This document shows positions 38,228-47,284 of a stretch of 61,648 nt of DNA, piece after piece. The stretch is from positions 1 through 61,648 of the forward strand of contig JBOIEQ010000004.1 in NCBI GenBank assembly GCA_050741255.1, read 5' to 3'. The first letter of the stretch is position 1. Each line of letters begins with the position of its first letter. The notes below the pieces were generated by a model. The model searched no databases. It had not been told where the DNA came from and saw only the letters and a list, made by a program, of their open reading frames with translations. The position numbers and the translations under genes were made by a program. Origin of the DNA: Burkholderiales bacterium. Lineage in GTDB: Bacteria > Pseudomonadota > Gammaproteobacteria > Burkholderiales > SG8-41.

Positions 38228-39217
38228 GTGATGCGGAGAGCGATCATGAAACGAAGCGGGTTTCGGAAGTTTTTTGTCGCGGTTGCCGCTGCGCTCCCGT
38301 GCGCGACGGCCCACGCCCAGGAGTTCCCCACCAAGCCGGTGCGCGTCATCGCCGCGTCCACCGGCACCAGCGGCGACCTGCTCGCGCGCTACCTCGCGCA
38401 GCGGCTCGCCGAGCAATGGGGCCAGTCCGTGATCGTGGAAAACCGCTCCGGCGCCGGGGCCGTAGTCGCCGCCGAAGTGGCGGCGAAAGCGGCGCCCGAC
38501 GGCTACACGGTGCATCTGGGGCAGCTCTCGTCCTTCGGCGCCGCACCCTCGCTCTACAGCAAGCTCGGCTACGACCCGCTGAAGGATTTCGCCCCGCTGA
38601 CCCTGTACGCGCACGTGCCGCTGCTGATCGTCGCGCATCCGTCCGTGCCCGCCGCGACCCTGAAGGAGTTCCTCGACTACGCCAAGGCGCGGCCGGGCGC
38701 GATCAATTATTCCTCGGGCGGCCCGGGCACGGCCGCGCACCTGACGTTCGAGCTGCTCAACTTCCGGACGGGACTGAAGCTCGTGCATATCCCGTACAAG
38801 GGCGTGGGCGCCGCCACCACCGCCATCATCGGCGGCGAGGTGCAGCTCTCCGCCGTGCCGATCCCCGTCGCGCTGCCGCAGGCGAAGGCGGGCAAGGTAC
38901 GGGCGTATGCGATCACCTCCAAAAACCGCTTCTCGGGGGCGCCGGACGTTCCGACGGCGGCGCAGGCGGGCCTGCCGGACTTCGAGGCGACCACCTGGTT
39001 CGCGATGTACGCCCCGGCGCGCACGCCGGCCCCGCTCCTGCGCAAGCTGCAGGCGGACATGGTCGGCGTCATCCGCGCGCCCGCCACCAACGCGTGGCTC
39101 ATCGCGCAGGGCGCCGATCCCGCCCCGGGCACGCCGGCGGAACTGACCGCGTTCATGCAGGGCGAGATCAGGAAGTGGGGCGACGTGATCCGCACCGCCG
39201 GCATCAAGGCGGAGTAG
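38228..39217 (+). CDS. Bug/TctC-family periplasmic substrate-binding protein (divergent N-terminal binding loop)
   Basis: 329 aa. FPTKPVRVIAASTGTSGDLLAR replaces the usual P(F/W)xxGG loop. ...APDGYTVHL...IPYKG. Confidence 0.85.
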   Translation: MMRRAIMKRSGFRKFFVAVAAALPCATAHAQEFPTKPVRVIAASTGTSGDLLARYLAQRLAEQWGQSVIVENRSGAGAVVAAEVAAKAAPDGYTVHLGQLSSFGAAPSLYSKLGYDPLKDFAPLTLYAHVPLLIVAHPSVPAATLKEFLDYAKARPGAINYSSGGPGTAAHLTFELLNFRTGLKLVHIPYKGVGAATTAIIGGEVQLSAVPIPVALPQAKAGKVRAYAITSKNRFSGAPDVPTAAQAGLPDFEATTWFAMYAPARTPAPLLRKLQADMVGVIRAPATNAWLIAQGADPAPGTPAELTAFMQGEIRKWGDVIRTAGIKAE

Positions 39218-39351
39218 CCCGGCTGCGGCGCGGGGAAGTGGCTGCGCAAGCGCCGCCGCCGGGGTAGCATCCGGCCAGGGCGCATCCCGCGCCCAAGGCC
39301 CGCAGCAATCAGACCGCCACAGAGCGGTCTCCTGCCACCAGGAGGAATACG

Positions 39352-40344
39352 ATGATTTCGTCGCACGCCCGTTTGCGCCTGTCCGCCCGCGCCCTCTGCG
39401 CGGCTGCCCTGTTCCTGGCCGTCCTGCCCGCGGCGGCCCAGCAGAACTTCCCCAACCGCCCGCTGCGCATGGTCATCCCGTGGCCACCAGGTCAGGCGAC
39501 CGACCTGGTCGGCCGCGTCGTCGCGGTGAAGCTGACCGACGTGCTGGCCCAGCAGGTCGTCGCGGACAACCGCCCCGGCGCGGGCGGCATGATCGGCACC
39601 GACGTGGTCGCCAAAGCCACGCCCGACGGCTACACGCTGCTCGCCGCGTCCTCCGGACCGGTCACCATCAATCCGCTGCTGCAGAAGGCGCCCTACGACC
39701 CCGAGCGCGACCTGGTGCCGGTGGCCAATGTGGCACGCTCGCCCTACCTGCTGGTGACCAATCCCGCGTTTCCGGCGAAGAGCGCGGTGGAACTGATCGC
39801 GCTCGTGAAATCGGCGCCCGGCAAATACTCCTTCGCTTCCTCCGGCACGGGCGCCACCGGCCACCTGGTCGGGGAATGGTTCAACAACGTGAACGGACTC
39901 AAGGCCACGCACGTCCCCTACAAGGGCAGTGCGCCGGCGCTGGTCGATGTCATCGGCGGACAGGTCGCCTATACGCTGGAGACGATGGCCGCGACGCTGC
40001 CGCTGATCAAGTCGGGCCGGCTGAAGGCCTACGGGGTCTCGACCCTGACCGCCAGCGCGCTGGCGCCGGACATTCCGCCGCTGGCGGTTGCCGCCAACAT
40101 GCCCGGCTTCGACGCCGCGGCGTGGATCGGGGTGATGGTCTCCGCCGGCACGCCCAGGCCGCTGGTGGAGCGCCTGACGAAGGCGGTGGACGAGGCGATG
40201 CGCACCCCCGACGCGCGCGAGCGGCTGGTGGCCTCTTCACTCGAACCCGATTACATGCCGACGGCCCAGTTCGCGGAGTACCTCAAGACGCAGAAGACGC
40301 GTTTCATGGATGTCATCCGGCAGGGCAACATCCGGATCGAGTGA
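39352..40344 (+). CDS. Bug/TctC-family periplasmic substrate-binding protein
   Basis: 330 aa with AGGAGG upstream. FPNRPLRMVIPWPPGQATDLVGR...DNRPGAGG...TPDGYTLLA. Confidence 0.88.
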   Translation: MISSHARLRLSARALCAAALFLAVLPAAAQQNFPNRPLRMVIPWPPGQATDLVGRVVAVKLTDVLAQQVVADNRPGAGGMIGTDVVAKATPDGYTLLAASSGPVTINPLLQKAPYDPERDLVPVANVARSPYLLVTNPAFPAKSAVELIALVKSAPGKYSFASSGTGATGHLVGEWFNNVNGLKATHVPYKGSAPALVDVIGGQVAYTLETMAATLPLIKSGRLKAYGVSTLTASALAPDIPPLAVAANMPGFDAAAWIGVMVSAGTPRPLVERLTKAVDEAMRTPDARERLVASSLEPDYMPTAQFAEYLKTQKTRFMDVIRQGNIRIE

Positions 40345-40421
40345 GCGGCGGCCGGCACATTTTCGCGCCGATGCGGTATGTTCCGGTTCCGCCCCTTTCA
40401 CCCTGAACGGAGTTTCCGCCC

Positions 40422-40724
40422 ATGCTGTGGACCATTGCCTGCGTCGACAAACCCGACACCGCCGCCATCCGCGACTCGGTGCTGACCATCCACCGCGATT
40501 ACCTCGTGAGCCAGAAGGGCATTCTGGTGCTGGCCGGCGCGACGCAGAACGACGAGGGCACCGTGGCGATCGGCAGCCTGTTCGTCGTCAACGTGGGGAG
40601 CCGCGCGGAAGCGAAGAAGTTCTCCGATGGCGATCCCTTCACGCAGAAAGGCGTGTTCGCCAGCATCACGATCACCCGCATGCGCAAGGGGCAGTGGAAT
40701 CCCGCGGCCGCCGAGGGGGCATAG
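40422..40724 (+). CDS. YciI-family protein
   Basis: 100 aa. MLWTIACVDKPDTAAIRDSVLTIHRDYL...GSLFVVNVGSRAEAKKFSDGDPFTQKGVFASITI. Confidence 0.7.
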   Translation: MLWTIACVDKPDTAAIRDSVLTIHRDYLVSQKGILVLAGATQNDEGTVAIGSLFVVNVGSRAEAKKFSDGDPFTQKGVFASITITRMRKGQWNPAAAEGA

Positions 40725-40747
40725 GGTATCGCCCGGGTGCGGGGCAC

Positions 40748-41752
40748 ATGCCCGGCATGAGCGTTTCGCTGCGCGCGTTCGCCGCACTGGTCCTGCTGTT
40801 CGCCGCCGGCCTGCCGGCCGCCGACGCCGCGCCCTGCGTCACCGCGACCGAGGCGTGCGGCCAGTGGCTGACGCTCGACGCCGGGGGCGCCAAGGCTTTC
40901 GTCTACGCCACCCAGCCGCTCGGCACGCGCAATCCGGCGATCACCCGCGCGCTGGTGCTGGTCCACGGCGCGCAACGCAACGCGGACGCCTATTTCCGCA
41001 CTGCCGTGGCGGCGGCCTCGCAGGCCGGTGCGCTGGACGACACCCTCGTGATCGCGCCGCGCTTTTCCGCCAATGACGGCCGCGCCTGCAAGGACACCCT
41101 TGCCGCCGGCGAGATCAACTGGCCGTGCGCCGGCAACAGCTGGCGCGCCGGAGGCGCCGTGCGCGGGAACCCGGCGCTCACCTCCTTCGATTTCGCCGAC
41201 GCGATCCTGCGGGCGCTCGCGAACAAGGATGCTTATCCCAACCTCGCGCGCATCGTGTTCGCCGGCCATTCCGGCGGCGCGCAGTTCGCGGTGCGCTACG
41301 CGATGGCCAACCAGGTCCACGACAGCCTCGGCGTCCCGGTCACCTACGTGGTGGCCAGCCCGTCGTCTTACGCCTACCTCGATGCTTCCCGCCCGGTCCC
41401 CGACACTGCCGGCTGCACGGGCTACAACCGCTGGCCGTACGGCCTGCAAGGCCGCCGGGGCTACGCCGCCCGCCTGACCGACAGCCAGCTGCGCAAGCAA
41501 TTCCTGGCGCGGCCCGTCAGTTACCTGGTCGGCGCACTCGACACCCAGCCGAATTACCAGATGGATACGAGCTGTCCGGCGATGATGCAGGGTCCGCAGC
41601 GCCTCGCGCGCACGCAGGCGTTCGTCGAGGCCCTCGGGAGGAACTACCGCAGCCAGCCGCCGCTGCTGGTCGTGGCGGGGTGCGGCCATGAGCAGGACTG
41701 CGTTCTCCGCGCGGCCCCGGTGTTGCCGGTATTGTTCCCCAGGAGCCCCTAG
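40748..41752 (+). CDS. secreted alpha/beta-fold hydrolase-like protein, function unknown
   Basis: Start is ATG 40748 or 40757. Signal peptide MPGMSVSLRAFAALVLLFAAGLPAADA. Nucleophile-elbow-like FAGHSGGAQF. Confidence 0.6.
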   Translation: MPGMSVSLRAFAALVLLFAAGLPAADAAPCVTATEACGQWLTLDAGGAKAFVYATQPLGTRNPAITRALVLVHGAQRNADAYFRTAVAAASQAGALDDTLVIAPRFSANDGRACKDTLAAGEINWPCAGNSWRAGGAVRGNPALTSFDFADAILRALANKDAYPNLARIVFAGHSGGAQFAVRYAMANQVHDSLGVPVTYVVASPSSYAYLDASRPVPDTAGCTGYNRWPYGLQGRRGYAARLTDSQLRKQFLARPVSYLVGALDTQPNYQMDTSCPAMMQGPQRLARTQAFVEALGRNYRSQPPLLVVAGCGHEQDCVLRAAPVLPVLFPRSP

Positions 41753-41839
41753 TATCATGCGCGTTGACGCCGGGCCCTGATCCCGGCATCCAACCAAGGC
41801 CGCGCAGGCAATAGACGGCCGCTGCCACGAGGAGATCGC

Positions 41840-42832
41840 ATGACCATCCGTACGCGTTTGCTTCGCCGGTGCGCGCCCGCGCTCATCGCCACCGCCTGCG
41901 CAACCTGCTTCGCGCCGCACGCCGCAGCCCAGGCGCCCTACCCGACCCGCAACGTGCAGGTGATCCTGCCCTACGTCGCCGGCGGCTCGGTGGATGTCAT
42001 CACGCGCGCGGTCGCCCAGGAATTGTCCAAGGCCTGGGGCCGCAGCCTCATCATCGACAACCGTCCGGGCGCGAGCGGCATGATCGGCACGGAACTGGCG
42101 GTCAAGGCCGACCCCGACGGCTACGTGCTGCTCGGGCACTCGTCCTCCTACCCGGCGACCGCCGCGGTGCGCGAGAAGCTGCCCTTCGATCCGGCCAAGG
42201 GCATCGTGCCGGTGGCGATGTTCGCGCGCGCGCCGATGATCTTCGCGATCCACCCTTCCGTGCCGGCGCAGAACATCCGGGAACTCGTCGCGCTCGCGAA
42301 GCGGAACCCGGGCAAGCTCAACTACGGCTCGTCCGGCATCGGCGGCAACAACCACTTTTCCGGCGCGCTGTTCGCGCACGCCGCCGGCATCAAGATGACG
42401 CACATTCCGTTCAAGGGCATCGCGCTCGCGGTGACCGCCGCCGCCGCGGGCGAGATCGAGATCGTGATCGCCAGCGCGGCCGCGGTGAACCCGCAGATGA
42501 AGGCGGGGCGGCTGCGCGCGCTGGGCGTCACCAGCCTCGAGCCCTCGCCCCTGCTGCCGGGCCTGCCGGCCGTCGCGCAGTCCGGCGTGCCGGGCTACAG
42601 CTACGAGCTCTGGTGGGGCCTGTTCGCGCCGGCGGGCATGACCGCCGAGCGGGTCAACTTCATCAACGCCGCCGTCAACAAGGCGCTCGCGGGGCCGGAC
42701 CTGAAGAAATTCTTCGACCAGGAAAGCGCGGAGCCGTGGCCGCAAACCCCGGCGCAACTGGCCGACCTGCTGCCCCGGGAGATCGCGCGCTACAAGCAGG
42801 CCGCACAGCTCGCAGGGATTCAGGCGCAGTAA
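41840..42832 (+). CDS. Bug/TctC-family periplasmic substrate-binding protein
   Basis: 330 aa. YPTRNVQVILPYVAGGSVDVITR...DNRPGASG...DPDGYVLL. Confidence 0.88.
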   Translation: MTIRTRLLRRCAPALIATACATCFAPHAAAQAPYPTRNVQVILPYVAGGSVDVITRAVAQELSKAWGRSLIIDNRPGASGMIGTELAVKADPDGYVLLGHSSSYPATAAVREKLPFDPAKGIVPVAMFARAPMIFAIHPSVPAQNIRELVALAKRNPGKLNYGSSGIGGNNHFSGALFAHAAGIKMTHIPFKGIALAVTAAAAGEIEIVIASAAAVNPQMKAGRLRALGVTSLEPSPLLPGLPAVAQSGVPGYSYELWWGLFAPAGMTAERVNFINAAVNKALAGPDLKKFFDQESAEPWPQTPAQLADLLPREIARYKQAAQLAGIQAQ

Positions 42833-42872
42833 GCTTTCGGTTCCATCCCGGTCTCGGCAAAGGACGTATGCA

Positions 42873-43850
42873 ATGTGGTTCACACCGTTCATCCGCCGCC
42901 TGTCGGCGATACTGTTTTGCGCCGTCGCGGCGCCCACGCTGGCGCAAACTCCGTATCCGACGAAGCCGATCCGGCTGGTCGTGCCCTTCGTGCCGGGCGG
43001 CAGCACCGACCTCATCGCGCGGATGATGGCGCAAAAACTGGGCGAGGCCTGGGGGCAGCAGGTGCTGGTGGACAACCGCCCCGGTGTCGGCGGCACCATC
43101 GGCGTCGACTACGTCGCGAAATCCGCGCCGGACGGCTACACGCTGGTGTTCGGGCACGTCGGCACCTTCGGTTTCGGTCCGTCGCTGTATCCGAAGCTGC
43201 CCTACGATCCGGTCAACGATTTCGCGCCGGTCATCCTGTTCGCTTCCGTGCCCAACATGATCGCGGTGCATCCTGCCCTGCCCGCGAAAACGGTGAAGGA
43301 ACTGATCTCCGTCGCGCGGGCGCGGCCGGGGCAGCTCAATTACGGATCCTCCGGCAACGGCAGCGCCTCGCATCTGGCAACCGAGTACTTCAAGCTGCTC
43401 ACGAAAACGGACATGCTGGCGATCGCCTACAAGGGCACCGGCCCCCTCGTCACCGACCTGATCGCCGGCCAGACGCAGCTCACCATCAACGGCGTGCCGC
43501 CGCTCGCGCCGCACGTGCAGTCCGGCCGGCTGCGCGGGCTCGCCGTCGCCAACGCGAAGCGCGTCGCCCTCTTGCCCGATCTGCCGACGGCCATCGAGGC
43601 CGGCGTGCCGGGCTACGAGGTGATCACCTGGTTTGGTCCGCTGGTCCCGGCGAAAACACCGCGCGACATCGTCGTGAAGATGAATGCCGACCTGATGAAG
43701 ATCCTGCAGCGCCCCGACCTGAAGGAGCGCCTCGCCGCGGAAGGCGCCGATCCGATCGGCAGCACGCCCGAGCAGTTCGCCGTCCACATCAAGAGCGAAA
43801 TGGAGCGCTGGGGGAAAGTCGTGAAGGCCGCGAACATCCGGCCGGACTGA
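42873..43850 (+). CDS. Bug/TctC-family periplasmic substrate-binding protein
   Basis: 325 aa. YPTKPIRLVVPFVPGGSTDLIAR...DNRPGVGG...APDGYTLVF. Confidence 0.88.
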   Translation: MWFTPFIRRLSAILFCAVAAPTLAQTPYPTKPIRLVVPFVPGGSTDLIARMMAQKLGEAWGQQVLVDNRPGVGGTIGVDYVAKSAPDGYTLVFGHVGTFGFGPSLYPKLPYDPVNDFAPVILFASVPNMIAVHPALPAKTVKELISVARARPGQLNYGSSGNGSASHLATEYFKLLTKTDMLAIAYKGTGPLVTDLIAGQTQLTINGVPPLAPHVQSGRLRGLAVANAKRVALLPDLPTAIEAGVPGYEVITWFGPLVPAKTPRDIVVKMNADLMKILQRPDLKERLAAEGADPIGSTPEQFAVHIKSEMERWGKVVKAANIRPD

Positions 43851-43854
43851 TCCC

Positions 43855-44751
43855 TCAGGCCGCGACGGCGATCCCTTCCTGCTCGCAGGAGTTCGCCACG
43901 TCGCTGATCGTGACACGCTGCATGTCGCGCACCCAGCGCAGGTCGTCGTAGTCCGTGCCGCGGTGCATGGTGCAGCGGTTGTCCCACATGATGAGTTCGT
44001 TTGGCCGCCAGCGGTGCGTGTGCACGAACTGCGGCTGGGTCACGTGCGCGATCAGCTCGTCGATCAACGCGCGGCCTTCCGTATCCGGCATGTCGAGGAT
44101 GCGTCCCGCGTGGGACGCCACGTACAGCGATTTGCGGCCGCTCTCCGGCAGCGTGCGCACCAGCATCTGCGGTACCGGCGGCAGGCGCCGCTGTTCGTCC
44201 TCGTTGAACTCGGTGAAGCCGCTGCGCAGCCGCGAGTGGGCGATGCAATGCTCGGCGACGAGGCCGTGCAGTTTCGTTTTCATGGCCGGCGGCAGCGCGT
44301 CGTAGGCCGCACGCTGGTCCGCGAACTGGGTGTGCCCGCCGATCGGTGCGATGCTCCGTGAATACAGGAGCGAACACAGGCTCGGCAGTCGCTTGAAGGA
44401 ACTGTCGGTGTGCCACAGCTTGTTGCCCGCCTTGTACATGCGCTGCCGGCTGGTTTCACCCCAGATCTTGCCCTCGGCGTTGAGGTTGGAGATGTCCGCG
44501 AACGCGCCGCTGTAGCGCGTCGGCGTCGCCTTGGGGTCCAGCGTGCGTTCCTTTTCGACGGGCCCGAAGCGCGCGGAGAAATCCAGGTGCTGCTGCGGGG
44601 TCAGGTTCTGCCCCGGAAACGCGAGTACCGCGTATTTGAAAAACGCCGCACGAATTTCAGCGAAATCCGCGTCCGCGAGCGGCTGCGACAGATCGACGTC
44701 GCCGATCTCGGCCGCGAAGTCGGGAGTGACGGGATAGATGGTAATAGCCAT
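43855..44751 (-). CDS. TauD/TfdA-family Fe(II)/2-oxoglutarate dioxygenase
   Basis: Trimmed to ATG 44751 with GGAGGAG upstream. MAITIYPVTPDFAAEIGDVDLSQPL...WHTDSSF...WDNRCTMHRG. Confidence 0.85.
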   Translation of the reverse strand: MAITIYPVTPDFAAEIGDVDLSQPLADADFAEIRAAFFKYAVLAFPGQNLTPQQHLDFSARFGPVEKERTLDPKATPTRYSGAFADISNLNAEGKIWGETSRQRMYKAGNKLWHTDSSFKRLPSLCSLLYSRSIAPIGGHTQFADQRAAYDALPPAMKTKLHGLVAEHCIAHSRLRSGFTEFNEDEQRRLPPVPQMLVRTLPESGRKSLYVASHAGRILDMPDTEGRALIDELIAHVTQPQFVHTHRWRPNELIMWDNRCTMHRGTDYDDLRWVRDMQRVTISDVANSCEQEGIAVAA

Positions 44752-44792
44752 GTGCGCTCCTCCTGCCATTCAGATGCTGTTCTAAAGTCGAA

Positions 44793-45695
44793 TTATCCAC
44801 CCTGGGAACCGGCTTGCGGCGCCGGCGCCATTTTTTCCGGCAAGGCGCCGTCGAGAAAATCGACAACGATATCCCGGTAGGTGGCGCCGAATTTCGGCGC
44901 GAAGGCCTCGATGTGGCCACTTGATTCGATCACGATCAGGCGCTTGGGCTCTTTCGCCTGGTCGAACAGCCGTCGGCCATGGGTCACCGGAATCACGGCG
45001 TCCGACGTTCCGTGCATCAACAGCAGAGGAATCGGCGCCAGGCGCCCGATATAGCGGTCCGGGCTATAGGTGTCGTCCATGAGCACGCCGGAACCGGAGA
45101 CCCTGTCGCTGGCGATGGAGGAGTAGGAAAAGAAGGTCGCCTCGATGACGATCGCCCTGACACCCCTGCGGTTGCCGGAGCCGACGACGGCGATCGCATT
45201 CGCGCCGCCCAGGCTCTGGCCGAGGACGGCCAGGCGGTCCGGATTCACATCCGCACGCGATCGAACGTAGTCGAGCGCGCTGCCGGAGTCCTCGAACACG
45301 CCCTTGGGCTCCGGCGCCCCCTCGGACGCGCCGTACCCGCGGTAATCGAAGACGAACAGGTTATATCCCCGCTTTGGCAGCCACTCGACGAACTGCCAGT
45401 GCGCGGAAAGATTCTGGGCGTTGCCGTGATAGTGAACGACGGTGCCCTTCGCCTGCCGGGGATCATCGTACCCCGCCGCCGGAATAAACCATCCGTAAAG
45501 AAGCGTTCCGTCCGGACTCCTGAATCGCACCTCCTCGAACTTGAGGCCCGCCCGCGCCGGCGTGTCGTAGATCACGCGGTCCGGATGATAGAACAGGCCC
45601 TGCACGCAGCCCACCAGCATTGACGAGGCCGCCAGCAGGCAGGCGATCCGGCATCCGGCGGCGCTCCATCCGCCGGTGCCCTTCAGGCCTGCCAT
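44793..45695 (-). CDS. alpha/beta hydrolase, probable lipoprotein
   Basis: Trimmed to ATG 45695: MAGLKGTGGWSAAGCRIACLLAASSMLVGC (lipobox)...HYHGNAQN...LGQSLGGANA...HGTSDAVIP. Confidence 0.75.
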   Translation of the reverse strand: MAGLKGTGGWSAAGCRIACLLAASSMLVGCVQGLFYHPDRVIYDTPARAGLKFEEVRFRSPDGTLLYGWFIPAAGYDDPRQAKGTVVHYHGNAQNLSAHWQFVEWLPKRGYNLFVFDYRGYGASEGAPEPKGVFEDSGSALDYVRSRADVNPDRLAVLGQSLGGANAIAVVGSGNRRGVRAIVIEATFFSYSSIASDRVSGSGVLMDDTYSPDRYIGRLAPIPLLLMHGTSDAVIPVTHGRRLFDQAKEPKRLIVIESSGHIEAFAPKFGATYRDIVVDFLDGALPEKMAPAPQAGSQGG

Positions 45696-45744
45696 ACGCC
45701 GTAGCCCTTTTCCCGCAAGGCGATCGCCAGCCCGACCTCCATGT
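45683..45744 (-). pseudogene. orphan 3'-terminal fragment of a paralogue of the 48530..48865 gene (direct-repeat copy A)
   Basis: The minus strand reads ...NMEVGLAIALREKGYGVWQA-stop, against DMEVELAIALREKGYGVWQA-stop in the intact gene. 55 of 60 nt are identical to 48532..48591 (hand alignment). An in-frame TAA lies a few codons upstream. Confidence 0.75.
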
Positions 45745-45812
45745 TCCCGCCCCGCAGGTGTCCTGAACCCCATTATCCCCGTCTGGCGGCGACCGCGCTC
45801 GCCGCCGCGGCC

Positions 45813-46571
45813 CTACTGGCGCGGCGGTTCGCGTACGAGTTGCGAGAAGGCTTCCAGATCGCGACGGTCGACGTCGGAGATCGCGGCATACGCCAGCCCG
45901 CTCTCCGTCCACGTCGCCACCCCGTAGCCGCGCGCGCGCGCAAAAGCGGGGGGCGCGCCCCTGCCGTCCTCCGCACGCCACACGTAGAGGTTGATGACGT
46001 GGTTGCGGATCCGGTAGACGATGGCCGCCGCAGGATGCGTGTCCACGCGGTCGAGCCGCGCGCCGAGGAGCAGATAGCCCTGCGCCGCGAGATCGCGCAC
46101 CGCCGGCGCGAAATCGATCCTGCCCTGCAGCCACGGCTTGACGGTGTGGCGGTCGCCGGATCCCACGTCCAGCAAGTGCGTCCCCGGCGTCAGCGATGCC
46201 ACGTGGCTCGCGACCAGCGCCTCAAACGGCGGGGGCGCCGGCACGCTGCGCCCCGCGTGATAGCCGAGCGCCGCGCTGCCGGCGGCCACCGCGAGAACGA
46301 CGGCCGCCGCCGGCAACCAGCGCAGGCCGTGCAGGCGCCCGGGCCGCGCGCGGGTCTCCGCCTCCTTGCGCAGGCGGTAGACGAGGCCCGCCGGGGCGGC
46401 ATGCCGGGGCGCGGCGGCACGTGCGCGCTGCACCAGCGCTTCGCGCGCGGCGCGGGCCACCGTGCACGCCGGGCAGACGGCCAGATGCTCCGCCATGTCG
46501 AGCCGGGTCGCGGCGTCCACTTCGCCGTCGAGATAGGCGTCGAGCAACTGGGCGGCATGCGCGCAGTTCAT
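45813..46571 (-). CDS. anti-sigma factor with zf-HC2 motif, single-pass membrane protein
   Basis: 252 aa. AEHLAVCPAC (H-x3-C-x2-C), one TM segment (WLPAAAVVLAVAAGSAALGY) and a periplasmic C-terminal domain. Its start overlaps the sigma gene stop (ATGA at 46568-46571). Confidence 0.8.
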   Translation of the reverse strand: MNCAHAAQLLDAYLDGEVDAATRLDMAEHLAVCPACTVARAAREALVQRARAAAPRHAAPAGLVYRLRKEAETRARPGRLHGLRWLPAAAVVLAVAAGSAALGYHAGRSVPAPPPFEALVASHVASLTPGTHLLDVGSGDRHTVKPWLQGRIDFAPAVRDLAAQGYLLLGARLDRVDTHPAAAIVYRIRNHVINLYVWRAEDGRGAPPAFARARGYGVATWTESGLAYAAISDVDRRDLEAFSQLVREPPRQ

Positions 46572-47107
46572 CGCTGCCCCCCCTGCCGCAGCCGGGCGGA
46601 CGTCATCGCCGCCATGAGAAGGTCCCGCCCGCGCGCGAGGCGCGACATGACGGTGCCGATCGGCACATCCACGATGGCGCTGATCTCCTTGTAGCTCATC
46701 TGTTCCAGTTCGCGCAGCACCACCACCTCGCGGAAGTCCGGCGGCAGCCGCGCGATGCAGGCGCGCACCCAGCGCGCGTCCGACGCGCGCATTGCCTGGG
46801 CCTCGGGATCGTCGGCCGCTGCGTTTTCCGAGTGCGTTTCCTCGTCGAAGGGTGTCTCGCTACGCCCGCGGCGCCCGTCCTCGCGCAGCCGGTCCACGCA
46901 CGCGTTGCGCACGATCGCCATGAACCATGCACGCGGATTCGCGCCCGACTGCGCGTCGAGGAAACGCAGGGCGCGCAGCGCGGCCTCCTGCACGACATCC
47001 TGGGCGCTGGCGGCGTCGCCGGTCATCCAGCGCGCGAGGTTGTACGCCGCATCGAGGTGCGCCAGCACGGTCGTCTCGAAGCGATGGTCGTGGTCGATCT
47101 GGGTCAT
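46568..47107 (-). CDS. ECF (group IV) RNA polymerase sigma factor
   Basis: 179 aa. Region 2: AQDVVQEAALRALRF...AWFMAIVRNACVDRLR. Region 4: VVVLRELEQMSYKEISAIVDVPIGTVMSRLARGR. Confidence 0.88.
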   Translation of the reverse strand: MTQIDHDHRFETTVLAHLDAAYNLARWMTGDAASAQDVVQEAALRALRFLDAQSGANPRAWFMAIVRNACVDRLREDGRRGRSETPFDEETHSENAAADDPEAQAMRASDARWVRACIARLPPDFREVVVLRELEQMSYKEISAIVDVPIGTVMSRLARGRDLLMAAMTSARLRQGGQR

Positions 47108-47118
47108 ATTTCTGTCAT

Positions 47119-47145
47119 GACGGTGACGTTGGCCAGTTTATTCCC
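47119..47145 (-). promoter_or_regulatory. candidate ECF-type promoter for the sigma/anti-sigma operon: GGGAATAAA-N13-CCGTC
   Basis: The minus strand reads GGGAATAAActggccaacgtcaCCGTC. The -10-like element ends about 11 nt before ATG 47107, implying a very short leader or a leaderless mRNA. Confidence 0.5.
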
Positions 47146-47168
47146 CGGAGTGCGGGCGCCGGCGCCGC

Positions 47169-47195
47169 GGGAATAAAACCCGCCCCCGCGCCGTC
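47169..47195 (+). promoter_or_regulatory. candidate ECF-type promoter for the propeller-cupredoxin gene: GGGAATAAA-N13-CCGTC
   Basis: The plus strand reads GGGAATAAAacccgcccccgcgCCGTC. Both elements and the spacing are identical to the divergent copy at 47119..47145. Confidence 0.55.
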
Positions 47196-47284
47196 TCCCC
47201 CAGCGAGGCTGCTGCTGCAAAACCGGTTTCCCCTGTCATTCCACCCTCGCGGACGGTCGGTTCGCCCGTAACAAGGAGATCATC

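Noticed and set aside
39218-39351. Hairpin agaccgc-cacaga-gcggtct between two Bug genes, considered as a terminator
   Set aside because: The stem is short, with no following T-run. It sits next to the RBS of the downstream gene, so it is not convincing as an intrinsic terminator.
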